NCBI RefSeq assembly: GCF_003704095.1
Contig: NW_020847750.1
Coordinates: 248,001 to 312,000, forward strand
Length of the DNA stretch: 64,000 bases
DNA from: Pocillopora damicornis
Taxonomy: Eukaryota
Direction: 5' to 3'
Shown here: positions 35,601 to 48,431 of the stretch, one piece after another
Position numbering within the stretch: the first letter of the stretch is position 1
How the letters are laid out: each line of letters opens with the position of its first letter
Translations under genes and position numbers: made by a program
The notes under the pieces: model-generated
Seen by the model: only the letters and a program-made list of their open reading frames with translations
What the model was told of the DNA's origin: nothing
Database searches by the model: none

Positions 35601-38600
35601 TGTTTTGAAAATGGATCACCATTGCCGTATCCTTCAGATATGAGTTTCCTTTTTTGACAGTGATATTGTTTTAGTCCAATACTCAATAATAATGATATCA
35701 TAAATCTGTCTTTTTACAAACAATTAATTTTGTAATACTAGGGTATTTTAACTGTAGTTATGATAGTGCCACATTTTATGGTGAAATTCAGGAAACCATA
35801 AACATTGGAAGTGTTCAAAGAATGGTGAATTATGTTTTGAAGAAAATGCAAAATAGACATTTGAGAACAAGCACACTGGATTGCTTACAGGAACAGCAGC
35901 CAGTTTGTGGTTTTGAGGTTTTTCTGCATGTCCTAAAAATAACTGCATCTGTTTTGTACTTGTCAGAATAAAACAGTGATTAATATTATCTTGCACCTCA
36001 ATTTCTAATCATTTTTCCTTCATGTTCACCAAGATTGCAGCTGCACTTTTTGCTTTTTCCTTGACCTTATTTGAAATAAATTAGCATGGATTAATAACTG
36101 TGTGGGCCATTTCAATCACAGATATTTCATATCATTCTGCTTCTTTATGTGTCTTGGAACAATTTACGTCACTGTTACTTCCAGCAATCTTTTCATCAAA
36201 CACTTTTTCCATGACTGGGTAAGTTCTCTTTAATCTTCTTGCAGTTATTTTGACTCATTAAAGTTGTTCCACTGCATGCTTTCTGTTGAGTAGAATTAAT
36301 TACCATGTATTCCTAAAGGCAGAGGGCAATCATCCAAAACTGCAAAACCCTAGAAAAATTCAATCAGAACCAAAAACCGCATGCAAAACCGTCAAAACTG
36401 ACACATTTTCACATCCCAGTTTTCAAAACTCTAATTGACCTGATACAGTCAGTGAAAAGTGGAGTATACAGAGGTTTCAAGATCAGTGGAGGTACATAAT
36501 TGCTTCTCAGATCAAAGAGAAACCAGGACCCAAACAGGCAAAACTGGAAACCTATTTATTATTTAGTGATTTTTACAAAAACTGAAAACCAAATGCTATA
36601 AATCGGAAAATCCACAAACTGCAGTGAACACCAAAACAAGTTTTTTGGCACAAAAAGCAAAAGGCTGATCTAATAAATAGCCAAAACCACGAAATAGAAA
36701 ACTCAATGCCCCCATCCTAGAGATACAAATTCAGCATTTGTTGAATACACGGCATTACATTTTATGAAAGTGTACATGTAAAATGTTTTAAAGTGATATT
36801 GCTGTATTGAAATCCTACTGTTGTGATGGCTTACTCAGTGGTAAATCACGATTTTGTAAAAATATTTTTTTGCTTCAGATGATGTTTATTTTTAGTGATG
36901 AATCGATATTATCCTAGCCACATAATGAAGACCTGGAGTCAGTTCATTGACAATCTAATGGTATCTCTGTCAATGATACTGTACTCTCTGATCAGAGAAT
37001 TATTTTGCTCTTCCTCTACTCTTTTGTCTTCCTTTTGTAGAATTACAAGCTCATTCCAAGCTCTAATGTATCCAATGGGCGAAATGTCACATCATTGTCA
37101 TCAAAACCTGTTTTTGATAAGTTGCATGTAAGTCATTTATTAACGTTTCAAACTCATTACTGGAGTCTTTGCTTACTCCCAACACCCAAAGGGATTTACT
37201 CTCTATCACGGGAGGGTTGGGGTGGTAAGGGAAAAGAACCTGGGTGATCAGTTGCAAGATCCAGGGGTACAAATGCGTAACATTAGGGAAAAACTAGCNN
37301 NNNNNNNNNNNNNNNNNNNNNNNNNNNNNNNNNNNNNNNNNNNNNNNNNNNNNNNNNNNNNNNNNNNNNNNNNNNNNNNNNNNNNNNNNNNNNNNNNNCT
37401 CAATATGGTTTTCGTAAACATGCTTTGCCACCCTGGATCGTGCTACTGATCGGGTGTGAAGTTGTTATAACATGAAGGCAGACATTATGTAGGCCTTCAT
37501 GATAACTGACCATTGTTGCTATTTCTTGGGGTTATAATTAGCTTATGCACCTTCTGACTAAGAAATGAAATTTGAATGAGGTACATGCCTCCTATTTTGA
37601 AACTACAATAAGCTGGTTGCCATTATGCAAATTATAACATTGACTGTGAGTGACAAGATTTTTGATGTTAGTTGTCAGTGGGCAATTAACATGGGATTGT
37701 TAACATTCTCTTTGTGCTTACCTCTAACCCCTAGGGATGATTAGCATATAATTTCTCCTTACTATATCATCCCTGAATCCCTCATTACGATCATGAGAAT
37801 AAAGGAAATGACCACCAACTAAAGCTCTTGATTGTTAAACAAATTCTCCTAGTTGGAGACCTGAGGAAATGTAATGAAAAAACTGTATGGAGATTATGCA
37901 TACAGATATGAAGGTGTAGAGGTTTAAATGATGCTTCTGAATTTTTTTTTCTTGCACTTGTGCACACTCAACTTTAAATCATGTGCAAGTAGGATTATTT
38001 TTTAAACCAAAGATTGTAACATCTTGCATTTAGGCAACATTGCTTCATCTGGCTGCTGAACCAAATGTTGAATTGCTCACATAATACTCACATAAAAAAG
38101 AAACATGCTTGCCCTGCTATAGAGGAAAAAGTTAATTTTAGTCTTTCTGGTATCATAACTGTTCCCATAACAATTAGATCAAGCTTATGTTTTTGAGTTA
38201 CCATGATCTTTTTCTTCAGCAGAAAAAATTTAACCATGAAGCAAATGGTGTTTCAGAGTCCGAGCACAGTAGTGTTCTGTATGTTTTTATACTTTGCTCT
38301 ACTGTTACTTTGGCACTGGGAGTACTGACAGGATGGCACTGTCATCTTATTGGCCGTGGGGAAACATCCATTGAATGGCATTCTAACATAGAAGAAGCTA
38401 GAACTTTTAGGAAACAAGGCTTGGTAAGAGTTACAACTACTAACACTGAGTTTCAATTTACTTTAATCTATCTATTCTTGAACTATTTTCAGAGTCATAC
38501 ACTGTGCCTCAGAGGTAAGAAGGAAGAAAAAAATGAAATAAATGTAACCAAAAAAATGTTCCACATTAGTCTGAAAAGGATATAGAAAAATTGCACTCAG

Positions 38601-39392
38601 AGATACAGATGTGAAGTATACCTTGGCTTGATTTCTTCTTCCCTTGAAATATTCCTTATTCCTTAGTAAAGAAATATTTGTTGTGAATTCAGTGTAAAAA
38701 ATAATTTTGTTAACTTTGTATTTCAAACTGCAGGTTTTTAGGAATCCTTATAACTTTGGCACTTGGAATAACTGGAGAATTCTTCTTGGACTTGTTGAAG
38801 GAAGGTGTGGTATATTTAATGGCTAATGTTAGGTATACTAGGAATTCAAAACCAGCATCTGTTTGGGAAATTTAACAAATGCGGCATTCAAAAGGGAACT
38901 AGAAATTTAGCCCTCTAATGGATTCATGTACGATATACATACCTTGTACCAAATGAGTTCTAGATCCACATTGGAAGTTACACATACAGACCAAGTTTTT
39001 TACACTTGGACTTATGGTTAAGGCATGAAAGTGCAGGCCAAAAGTCTGAGCAAAAAAAAGGAGGTACCCTAACTTACTGTAGGGGCTGAAAATAGGATAT
39101 TAATTTTATCGTCGGGTTCAAATTGAGGGGTAAGGTTTCAATTCCAACTAACTTTTGAATTCTGCAGGCCAAACAGAGAAATACAGTCTGTTTAATTGAC
39201 CAATCATAATTTATTGCATGCACTAACTGAGAGATAAAGTTCTTAATGACATCACTCTTTGATCTTTCTTTCAGATCATGGCTGAGGCTTCTTCTACCTT
39301 CAGTGCATCCCCCTTATGGTGATGGACTGACATGGCCTCCTCCGCCTGAGAGTGCTGCAAGGAGTAATGTCAGGAAATTACACATTGTGTGA
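32605..39392 (+). CDS. ZDHHC16: Palmitoyltransferase ZDHHC16-like, 9 coding exons, ~328 aa
   Basis: Exons 32605-32742, 33493-33684, 34114-34165, 34883-34931, 35598-35626, 36085-36218, 38220-38423, 38734-38804 and 39275-39392 are phase-compatible (987 nt). [51 protein letters not shown]. ZDHHC16-type features: D..FEPV...D, NIVFHY, LIGRGETSIE, FRNPYNFG, LPS.H.P.GDGL.W. Confidence 0.92.
35627..36084 (+). other. U12-type (minor spliceosome) GT-AG intron
   Basis: 5' site GTATCCTT, branch point TTCCTTGAC at 36057-36065, and AG 19 nt later with no polypyrimidine tract. Confidence 0.92.
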
Positions 39393-39649
39393 AGATGAAG
39401 TGCAAATCCATGTTCCCTTACTTTAGATATTCTGCCCAAAGACATGCAGTTGCATTATGTACAGTACCTCCAGTAGCTATTTTGTAATTAAGGTCAGCGA
39501 GTAGTGAATTACAAATTCACACATCACTGAAAGTAATTCAGGAGTAACTTATTGTCCTACAAGAGACAATAAAAAATAACAGGTATAATTCTGCTTTAGG
39601 TGTTTTTTAAGTGGTTTTTTTTTAAAATTAATTTACAATTTATACAGGG

Positions 39650-39872
39650 CTTATTGCAAGTCTCTAAGTGGTTTACAATATAAAAGAAAGAGAAGCAAAT
39701 ATTTCAAATAAACATAAACTGCTTGAAAATCGTAACTGGAATGAGGCAGACCAGCTGGCTATTTATTTGAACTTGTGGGGACTGAGAACAAATGTAGTGA
39801 GTAGCAGGGAGGAGGACTTGAACTTGGGACCACTGGACTACAAGTCCAGTGCCCTAACCAACCACTCTGCCT
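39650..39872 (-). mobile_element. tRNA-derived SINE
   Basis: The minus strand reads ggcagagtggtggttagggcactggacttgtagtccagtggtcccaagttcaagtcc (A box, anticodon-like hairpin, B box GTTCAAGTCC), followed by non-tRNA body. Confidence 0.65.
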
Positions 39873-41618
39873 TCTTGTTAGAGACCTCAGCAAATTAACA
39901 AATAGACTCCATGTTGCTGTTCATCTGTTCAGTAATAGATCACAAATGATGTCAAAATGTAGTAAAAAAGCAAAATGTTGTTAGTGGTGACATCATCTGT
40001 GCATCTGTCCTCCATTAGATCATAAACAGGAACCAATGAAAATGCAGGAATAATTCAGCTTTTTATATATTTAATGGACTATTTTTCACAGGCAAATCAC
40101 CTCTTATTTATAAATAAATTTATCATTTGGTCTTTTTTAAGTTGTGGCTACCATTTCATTTTTGTTTTAGTTTCATTTCCTGTTTTACATTACGTTTTAT
40201 GTCATGTGACAATCTCCAGGGGGATTGCACATGCTTTGACATTTTAGAGGGAGTTTCATCTTCATGTAGCTGTTTTGGTTTGCAAAATAGTTCTTTAATG
40301 TGATTGTAATTGTGATCATGATTGTAATGTGATCATTATTGTGATTTCCCTTTTTCTTGTACGTTATCTTGTAACGCTACACATGAATTAAAAGCAAAAG
40401 CTACATAAGTGTCAGTGGTCTACTAATTTTGATTGTTGAAGTCCATTGTACAGGCATCAGAGGAAAAAAACTTGAGAAACACTGCTGAACCTGTATTAAG
40501 CAGTCACCATCAGAGAATGGTGGGGTGACTACATAATACAGGTTGACCAACATGTGACTTGCATGATGATCATGGGTAATATTTTTCCTTACTCTCCAAA
40601 GAAGAGAGACAATCTTTATTGTGTTGAGGAAATTTGAACTCAAAGTACTAACATTGACGACTCTTAGTTTTATTGTGTGGTTCCACTTTAAAAGACTGTT
40701 CAATACAGTTAAAAGACAATACAAACAAGCCGACAGGTGAAAATAATTATAGTACTTGAGGGCAAAAAATTTTGGGACTTTGACAACCAACCGCTTAATG
40801 CAGGGTGACTGCTTAATATACCATGGTGCTGTATAATATGGATTTAACTGTAATACTAACAAATTGATAAGTTAAACATAATTTGATTTTATTACTTTAT
40901 TAACAGATTAAATTTATACCAAAACTTAATACATTTTGCAATGACTTGTAAGTTATTGAAACAGAAATTTCTGGTTCTTCAAAGGGAACTAGAGAATTCT
41001 CTGACTGTTGTGAAGAATTGTGGGATGTTATAAATTTCAATAACTTGATCAAAATCTTATCCAGGCATAAACAATGATCACCTGTCATTCAACACGGATC
41101 TCCTGCAGCAATATTTCTTTATGAAAACCTTGATTGTGCATGAAGCCCTTTTCTTAAACCCTTTGTACCCTAAAATCAGTATGCAAATTCTACATACTGT
41201 TCTCTTTACATTTCCTAAGGTGCTGACAAGGAGAATTCATCTAACAATCAAGAGCTTCTTTATTTGGGGATCATTTCCTTTATTCTCGTGACCTTAAAGT
41301 GTAATTCAGGGGTGAAACTGTTGGGAGAAATTAGATGCCAGTCACTCTTAGGGGTTAAAGGGTTATAAGCTACCAAGTAGGTCTACTTGTGTTATAGATA
41401 ACTGGTTTCATTATTTAGGGTCAACAGTTGGTGACTTAGAAAGTAGTTGAGTTTGGAGCCCTTTGCCAAGAAATCACTGGTGAACTGATTTTCCCCTAGT
41501 TTCTCACTGTTTCAGAGTTGGATATCAATTCTTATGGAAGAATGGAAGGCTCTTTCACTCATTACCTAATTTGAGAAAACACTACTTTAGCTGAAAATGC
41601 TGGACCTAAAATTGACAG

Positions 41619-41830
41619 TTAACCCTTTAACTCCCATAAGTGACCAAGAAAGAATTTCTCCTTACTATATCAAAACAATATCAAGCAGACAAGTTATGAG
41701 AATAAAGACAAATATCAGCCAGGGGATTATAAGATGATCCAATACTAAATCCTCCAAACTAACATCACAAGAACTGTATAGGAGATAGTAAGGAGAATTA
41801 CTAATGAGATCTTGGGAGTTAAAGGGTTAA
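41619..41830. mobile_element. piggyBac-like MITE (TTAA TSD, CCCTTT...AAAGGG ends)
   Basis: ttaa-ccctttaactccc ... gggagttaaaggg-ttaa. Related copies at 43104-43315, 47097-47308, 56001-56211, ~34986-35290 and ~41156-41365, with degenerate ones at ~33710, ~34530, ~37725, ~45175 and ~60045. Confidence 0.85.
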
Positions 41831-41872
41831 TGTGACGGTTTTAACCTGACTAGACAAATGTATTTTAATTAG

Positions 41873-44312
41873 TTAGTATTCTTCATCGATGACTCTTTTT
41901 ACCATCTCCAAAGCCATCTCTCCATTATCTGATGGCACCATGTGACCAGCTTTCATTATGTAGTAAAGCTCTAAGTTCTTGTACGCTTTGTAAAATGCTG
42001 CTGTATCTCTGTCTGTCTTACCCGAGGGGGCATATAGTGGCTCTCGATTGGTGTTTAAAAATTGTGGTAAATCATCCCAGTCAAGTTTCTTGATCCACTC
42101 CTCTGCTCCAAGGGTGTCGCAAATCATGTCCAACTGGCCTTGATAAACAACAACCTTAATACCATAATTCAAAAGTTTGCTAACATCACCTATGACTGGT
42201 TTCATGAAATCTTCAGTCTGGTACACAAACACTTCACCTGACTGCCCACCCCAGGTGACATTAGATGGTATTATACCCAGCTTCTTCCTGATTGGACCAT
42301 TCATGAGTTCTGTCAGAGGGTCAGTGTAAAGGGGACCCACATGCTGAGCATACAAGCGATCTAAGAAATCGCTTCCTAGAGATTGAAACTTTGGAAAAGG
42401 TGGGGCATGGTGTATCAGGATATTGTAAACATCAACATCATCTGTTGTTGCTGAAATGATTTGTTCAGTCTGGCCCCAGAGTTGAGTGGCCTTTGTATAT
42501 TCACCCTTAGCAACAGCTTCAGCAGTAGACTGGGCAGCTTGATTGACAGATGCCAGATCTTTTCCATCAAGTAGGTTTACAGCATAAAGGTAAGGTCCCC
42601 AGGTCAACACAGAATCCACAGGCGAAATCCAAGAATCACCCAGAGCAACCCCTCTAAAGTCACACTTCACACTTCCACTTTGGATAGCTTGATACAGGGC
42701 CACACCAAAGGCAGATGTCATCTTTCCTCCATAGGATTCACAGAAGATATAAAATGGCATTTGCTGGAAAACAGGTTGTTTTTCCAGGAAGGCTCTAAAA
42801 AGAGTAACAAGGTCATTTGCAATACCTGTTGGAAACAAAAGGGTAAATTACGACAAATGACAATTTTCATTCTCTTTTATGCAAAATTCTACAAAAAAAT
42901 TACAATCTGATTGCCTCAAAGAAATAAGGTTATCATAGAGGTTGGTCTGGGTGAAGGCCTAAGGAGTTAATTAATATCTGAACTGGGTTGTTCTGCCCCT
43001 CATGCTGCTGCTGCTGCTGCATAGCAACAGACCTTTTCTACACAAAACAAGTTATTTTTATTGTTTAATGGATAGTCTCCAATTGTTGCCATGTCAAAAT
43101 GTGTTAACCCTTTCACTCCCACAAGTGACCAAGACAGAATTTCTCCTTACAATGTCAATACAATATCAAGCAGGCAGGTGATGAGAATAGAAAAGAATAT
43201 CAATCATGGGATTATTAGTTGATCCAATACCAAATTCTCTGAACTAACATCTTTAGAATTGTGTGGCAGATAGTAAGGAGAATTACTAATTAGATCTTGG
43301 GAGTGAAAGGGTTAAGAAAAAAAAAGTAGCACTTGAGGTACAACTGAGCGTTTCACCACTGTCCTTATCACATTTTGACATCTTTTGTAATATTTTTGCA
43401 AACAGACCCATAGACTTTTTTTAAAGATAAGAAAGCAAAATTTTTTTAATGTTGATGTCATTTTTGCTCTGTCCTCCAAAACATCATAATGTGTAAGGAC
43501 TCAGATTAATTCGTAATATGACTTGTAAAGGTGAAACTGAAAGAATGCCCTTAGCCAGCGAGCTGAACCAATCTTTACTTCGGAAACACCTCTTCTTTTA
43601 ACAACATTCTAAGGAATCAAACTTAACCATTGAAAAAATTTGCTAATGTATGCAAAATAATAGATTAAAATGTCAACTTCCCGTCACCCTCCACCACGCC
43701 ACTCGAAAAAAAAATTAAATTGTCACAATGTAGTCACGAGATGGAAATTACAGTACTAAACGCTGAAAGTAGGAGGAACACCTTTTGAATTTTTTTTTTA
43801 ACAAATTATTTCACTGTAAGATATTGAACTACGAGTATAACCCCAAAGCTATGAAGTTTTATACAGATCGATAAAGTGTAGAGCTATCCGGTATTAATAG
43901 CATGCATACCAGTCACATTCGTGGTGTAAGCACTTGGTTGGGTGACGTAACTAAACCCTGAGCCAACAGGATTATCGACGAATAAAACATTTGCAGCCTG
44001 AATCCAGGTAGTGTTCCGAGGTTTCAGCTCCACTGTGAGTGGACCAAGCTCTTCGAAATTTCCAAACCCTGTTGAGGAACCGCCTGGTCCTCCTTGAAGC
44101 CACATGATAAGTGGCTTGTTCACTCTTTCAGAAGAGTTGCTCGTTTGAGCTCCGTAGAGCCACCAAAACATATGTGCATTTTCTCGCACTTCCACGTAAC
44201 CCCAAGTTTCGGTCGGAATTTCTTGAAAATAAGATTCAGCAGTTGAAGGAAAACTCCAAGTGCACATCAACATGAAAGTTATCACAGTAGAAATTCTGCC
44301 GCATTCCGCCAT
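41873..44312 (-). CDS. SCPEP1: Retinoid-inducible serine carboxypeptidase-like (peptidase S10), copy 1, 2 exons, ~451 aa
   Basis: Exons 44312-43910 and 42825-41873 (phase 1). Signal peptide, WGYVEVR..AHMFWWLY, WLQGGPGGSSTGFGNFEE.GP, FVDNPVG.GFSY. Catalytic motifs FCESYGG, QLDMIC, AGHMVP. Confidence 0.93.
43104..43315. mobile_element. piggyBac-like MITE in the SCPEP1 copy 1 intron
   Basis: ttaa-ccctttcactccc ... gggagtgaaaggg-ttaa. Confidence 0.85.
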
Positions 44313-45007
44313 AATTGCGATCGCCGAAACAAATGACTTGATACGAAGCCTCATGCGTTATTATAATGAGGCAAAAGTCACGCAACCTTGGGCCGTGAAC
44401 GTTATCTCCACGTCCCATACCCCCGCCTCTTTTCCTCTATCTTTCTCTGTCTCGCTACCCCAGCCCACTCGTAATCACCAGTAGTCAAGGCACATTGCAA
44501 TTCAGTCATCAATAAAAAATGGAGTTTGTAACAAGGAAAGCTCTAAAGGATAATAAAAACCTGATAATCTGACACCAGTTCAATTAGAGGCTGTTTGAGA
44601 AATATTTTCTCACATTAAGAGGAAACAAACTTTCCGGACAAAACTTCTTCACTGCTTTAATACAACAGAACACTTACAAGGATTTTGCCACAAAGGTATT
44701 TACTAATTTATTGATTCTTACACAAGTCTCGCAGCATTGTACAGGAAGAAGCATTTCCAATTGACAGTAGAAAGACTTCTAGGGTTTAGAATTTTTTTTT
44801 GCAGCAAGTGCAAGTTAACAGATAACCATTGAAAAAAATTGAAACCAGATTCATTTGACCCAGCAACATGATAACATACTCAGACTGTATCCTCAGTAGA
44901 AACAGAAAAATACATTTTAATAGTTTCCATATGGTGATAAAACTGGACTGTCATATTCATAGGCTGGTGTCTTTCCATTTTTTTTCCTTATCATTTTTAA
45001 AAGCTGT

Positions 45008-48000
45008 CTAATTTGTAAGAGACACTAGAGCCTCTACCACATCTCCTTTGTGCTCTCTTAGACTCCTTTCTGCAGCAGCTCTTGGTATTTCCATTTCCTC
45101 TACCTAGTAATAAAAGCAAGGTTTCATTTAGGATTAAAGTTCTCCCCTGCTGACAACATTTTGTGAACTGTTTCACCCCTGAGAGTGACCAGCATCTAAT
45201 TTCTCCTTACAATATCACCCTGAATCACATGTTAAGGTCACAAGATTAAAGGAAATGATCACGAACTAAGGAAACCCTTGATTGTTAAACAAATTCTCCT
45301 TGTCAGCACCTTAGGAAATGTATAGAGAACAGTATGGAGAATATGGACACTGATGTTAGGGTGAAAAGGGCTGATGAATTCCTTGTGGAAAAAAATTTTT
45401 ATTACATCATACAGCTTAAGCTTGCCATAGCTGTGGGTTACTGATATACTACTAACAGTTGTATAAAGTTGTGGCTGGTGAAATTGAAGCAGAGGCAAAA
45501 TTTAACACAAGAGCAGATTCATGTTGTCCAAATTAGAAGCATAACTCACAATCAAGTCAACATCTTCCTTTTTTATGACAATCCTAGCAAGTTCCTTCTC
45601 TCTGGAAACAAACAAAAAAAAGAAGCAAAGCATAATGTTGTTCACCATGATATTTAGACACAGTGAATTTATTGACCCCCAAAATGAGGTCTAGCAATGA
45701 TGAGGAAAAGTGAAGTTTAGTTTTTATGAAGTCAAAATGAGTAATAGGCTGGCACCCAATACCAGCTTCTGGAAAGCTGTAATCTGGAGAGTCCCGAAAA
45801 ATTTAAGGTACAGGGTGTACTGGACACCCTAACTCACGAAAGCAGGAAGAAGAAGAATTGATGGGAAGACAACACAGCTGTCAAACATCTGGACATGCAC
45901 AGATGTTGTAAGGTGCTTTCAGCCCGTCCAACAGAGCCAAGTTGTCTTACAAGAATTATAAGCAACCACTCAAGCCAGTAAGTCTTGGTGTTTAAAAAGC
46001 GTTTAACTTGTTTGAGAAAGCTCAAAACAAAATGTTAAATCAGGAGAAGACCCATACACAAAAAAGTTTTGTGTTCTGGAAGTCTTGAGTTTTGCTTTTC
46101 CTTACTCTTGTTTTTTCTTACAGATTTCTTTAAACATTTCAATTTGTCTTTGTATATTTTGCATGACAGCAGTTCTATCCAATGTTCTGCTTTGAGATTT
46201 TCTGCAGAAAATTGGCGTGTGGTCAGCACAATTAGATCGCAGTGTGCAGGCCCAAAATTTGACCACTGTTCAGGAAAACAAACATCCTCTGACCAAATAT
46301 CTCATTTTCACTTTTTCTCTTAATTTTGTTCCAAATTTATCTTGGAAATTTGGCAAGTTATCAAGGGTACTGAAGGGTTCAGGATCTTCCAGAAGTGGCA
46401 CTTATCCAACATTCCTCATCCAAAGCTATCTAGGCTCTCCTTTCTGACAACAATCATGTATAATGTTGAATTACGGTTAGATCACACCATGGTTAGATCA
46501 CTCCCAGTTAGATCGCTCCAATCAAAGGTTAGATCGCTCCACTAGAAAGTTAGATCGCTCCATCAATATAAGTTACTTCGCTCCATGTAGAAAACTAAGG
46601 TAAAGGTAGCAAAACTAAGCTATCTAAATTTACAATTCATCAAATGACGTGTATATCTTACTTAACAATCGATTAATATCGCTCGCGCGCCCTTGAAATA
46701 AATCTGAGTTACGCAGAGAGAACAAATGAAGCCTCATGTAACGGACTCACAAAGTGCAACCACGATCATTTATTCCATCATCGCTATACTTCTAGTCACC
46801 TCTATATATATATAAATATATAGGTGGTTAATCTGATGGACAGAGCGAATACGATGTACTCGAATCGTCGCAAGACACATTATCACCTATGAACTTTAAA
46901 GATCATTGCTAAGCGAAACTTCACATTACAACATGAAACGAAGTACCTTGTTGGTAGCAAAGTAACTTATTTGATGGAGCGATCTAACTTTCGAGTGGAG
47001 CGATCTAACTTTTGGTTGGAGCGATCTAACTGGGAGCGATCTAACCATGGTACGATCTAACCGGATAGCATAATGTTACATAATGAGGTTTATGACTTAA
47101 CCCTTTAACTCCCAAGATCTCATCAATAACTCTCCTTACTGTCTGCCAAATGATTCTCATTATGTTATCTTGGAGAATTTTGTATGGGATCAATTAGTAA
47201 TCCTATAATTGATATTTTTCTTTATTTTCATCACTTGTCTGCATGATATTGTATAGATATAGCAAGGAGAAATTCTTCCTTGGTCACTCACGGGAGTTTA
47301 AGGGTTAATAGTATATTCTTGGATTGATCAAATTTCCTGTGAGGTATACATGAATTCTGATTTCTGCTTTGCTAATTGTAATACATTAGTTGGGTCACAA
47401 TACCTTCATCTCTCACCTTTGTAGCTTTGCAGCCTTTTCCTCCGAATATCTTCCTTCCACTAGACTAATAGCCTACGAGTAGAAAACAAAGACAAAACCA
47501 AAGATGGATTATTCAAAATAATGACAAAACAGCACTGATATATACTCAACTATACTACCGTTATCCTACTGGGACACAGCTTTGTACTAGAGGCAAATGA
47601 CTGCAGCTAAAATCGACAAGATCCGGTGCATGCAGAGCCACCTAAATCCACATGTACTGCATTGTTGCATGCACTAGGCTATGGAGATCGAAGAATATAA
47701 TGCTTCAGTCACTTCTAACGCAGAATTCGAAAAAGATGCAGAATTCTGGCGCATAGCTATTTTCGCCACATGTTCTCAATGTGGTACGCAAAATATCAAT
47801 CAAGCTGTGAACTACCTGTCACGATATGAAAAACTGACCAAATAAGACTTGTAATTAGAAGAGCGAAATCTGGCCTGAAAACGCGACCAAGTAAGTAATT
47901 TCACTTTAGATTTAAACCTCGATCTTTGACGTCATAGTCGGAAAAGCACAGAGCTCACATTTTCTATGTCCGTTGTACTTATTTCTTTCTCTTCTGCATA

Positions 48001-48078
48001 ATCTGTTACCCTCTCGAGGTCTGCGGACGTTTGTAAATCATGTCTTTTCGGCAAAGGTTGCTGAGAGTTTTCCGCCAT
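45008..48078 (-). CDS. HYPK: Huntingtin-interacting protein K, 4 exons, 107 aa
   Basis: Exons 48078-47959, 47472-47417, 45601-45550 and 45103-45008 splice to MAENSQQPLPKRHDLQTSADLERVTDYAEEKEISTTDIEN-AISLVEGRYSEEKAAKLQR-EKELARIVIKKEDVDLI-VEEMEIPRAAAERSLREHKGDVVEALVSLTN*. This matches HYPK signatures (ADLERVTDYAEEKEI; EMEI.RAAAERSLREH.G.VVEAL..LTN). Not in the ORF track. Confidence 0.95.
46468..47069. mobile_element. Non-autonomous DNA transposon with long internally repetitive TIRs and an 8-bp TSD, in an HYPK intron
   Basis: Left arm has tandem GTTAGATCGCTCCA units and right arm has the inverted TGGAGCGATCTAAC units. The direct repeat ATAATGTT lies at 46460-46467 and 47070-47077. Confidence 0.88.
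47097..47308. mobile_element. piggyBac-like MITE in an HYPK intron
   Basis: ttaa-ccctttaactccc ... gggagtttaaggg-ttaa. Confidence 0.85.
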
Positions 48079-48431
48079 CTTGGAAATGTGATCGCACTGT
48101 CATGTGGACTTCGAGCAAATTTCCCACAGCAGGGAGGAGTGACAAAGGCTGATACATACAGGACTGAAATCATCAGGAAAAAGGTTTCTATTTTGAAGTT
48201 TACATGAAAAATATGTAGTTCATCGATGAATTATATTTAAAAAACCCTGCCTACTGTGGTTCATTCTGCGTTTCACAGAAAAAATTTAGGATAAAAAGAA
48301 AGAAAAAAAATTGTTCCTTATAGTTCTACTCCTCCCCACCCCTAAAGGGAGGCTATTTCCCTGATACCCAGATCTCTTTCGAGCAAATTTTACTCATCAT
48401 CAGTCACAACCGAGGTTAGACTAAAACGAAA

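Noticed and set aside
39800-39872. tRNA-like sequence
   Set aside because: No proper acceptor stem, and it continues into a repeat body. Treated as a SINE head, not a tRNA gene.
40401-40862. 153-aa minus-strand ORF
   Set aside because: Non-ATG start, overlaps Tc1-like MITE fragments (tacagttaaa...tttaactgta) and has no protein motifs.
46472-46590. Repeat-spacer pattern resembling a CRISPR array
   Set aside because: Repeats are ~14 bp with 1-9 bp spacers, mirrored as a TIR with a TSD. The context is eukaryotic and has no cas genes.
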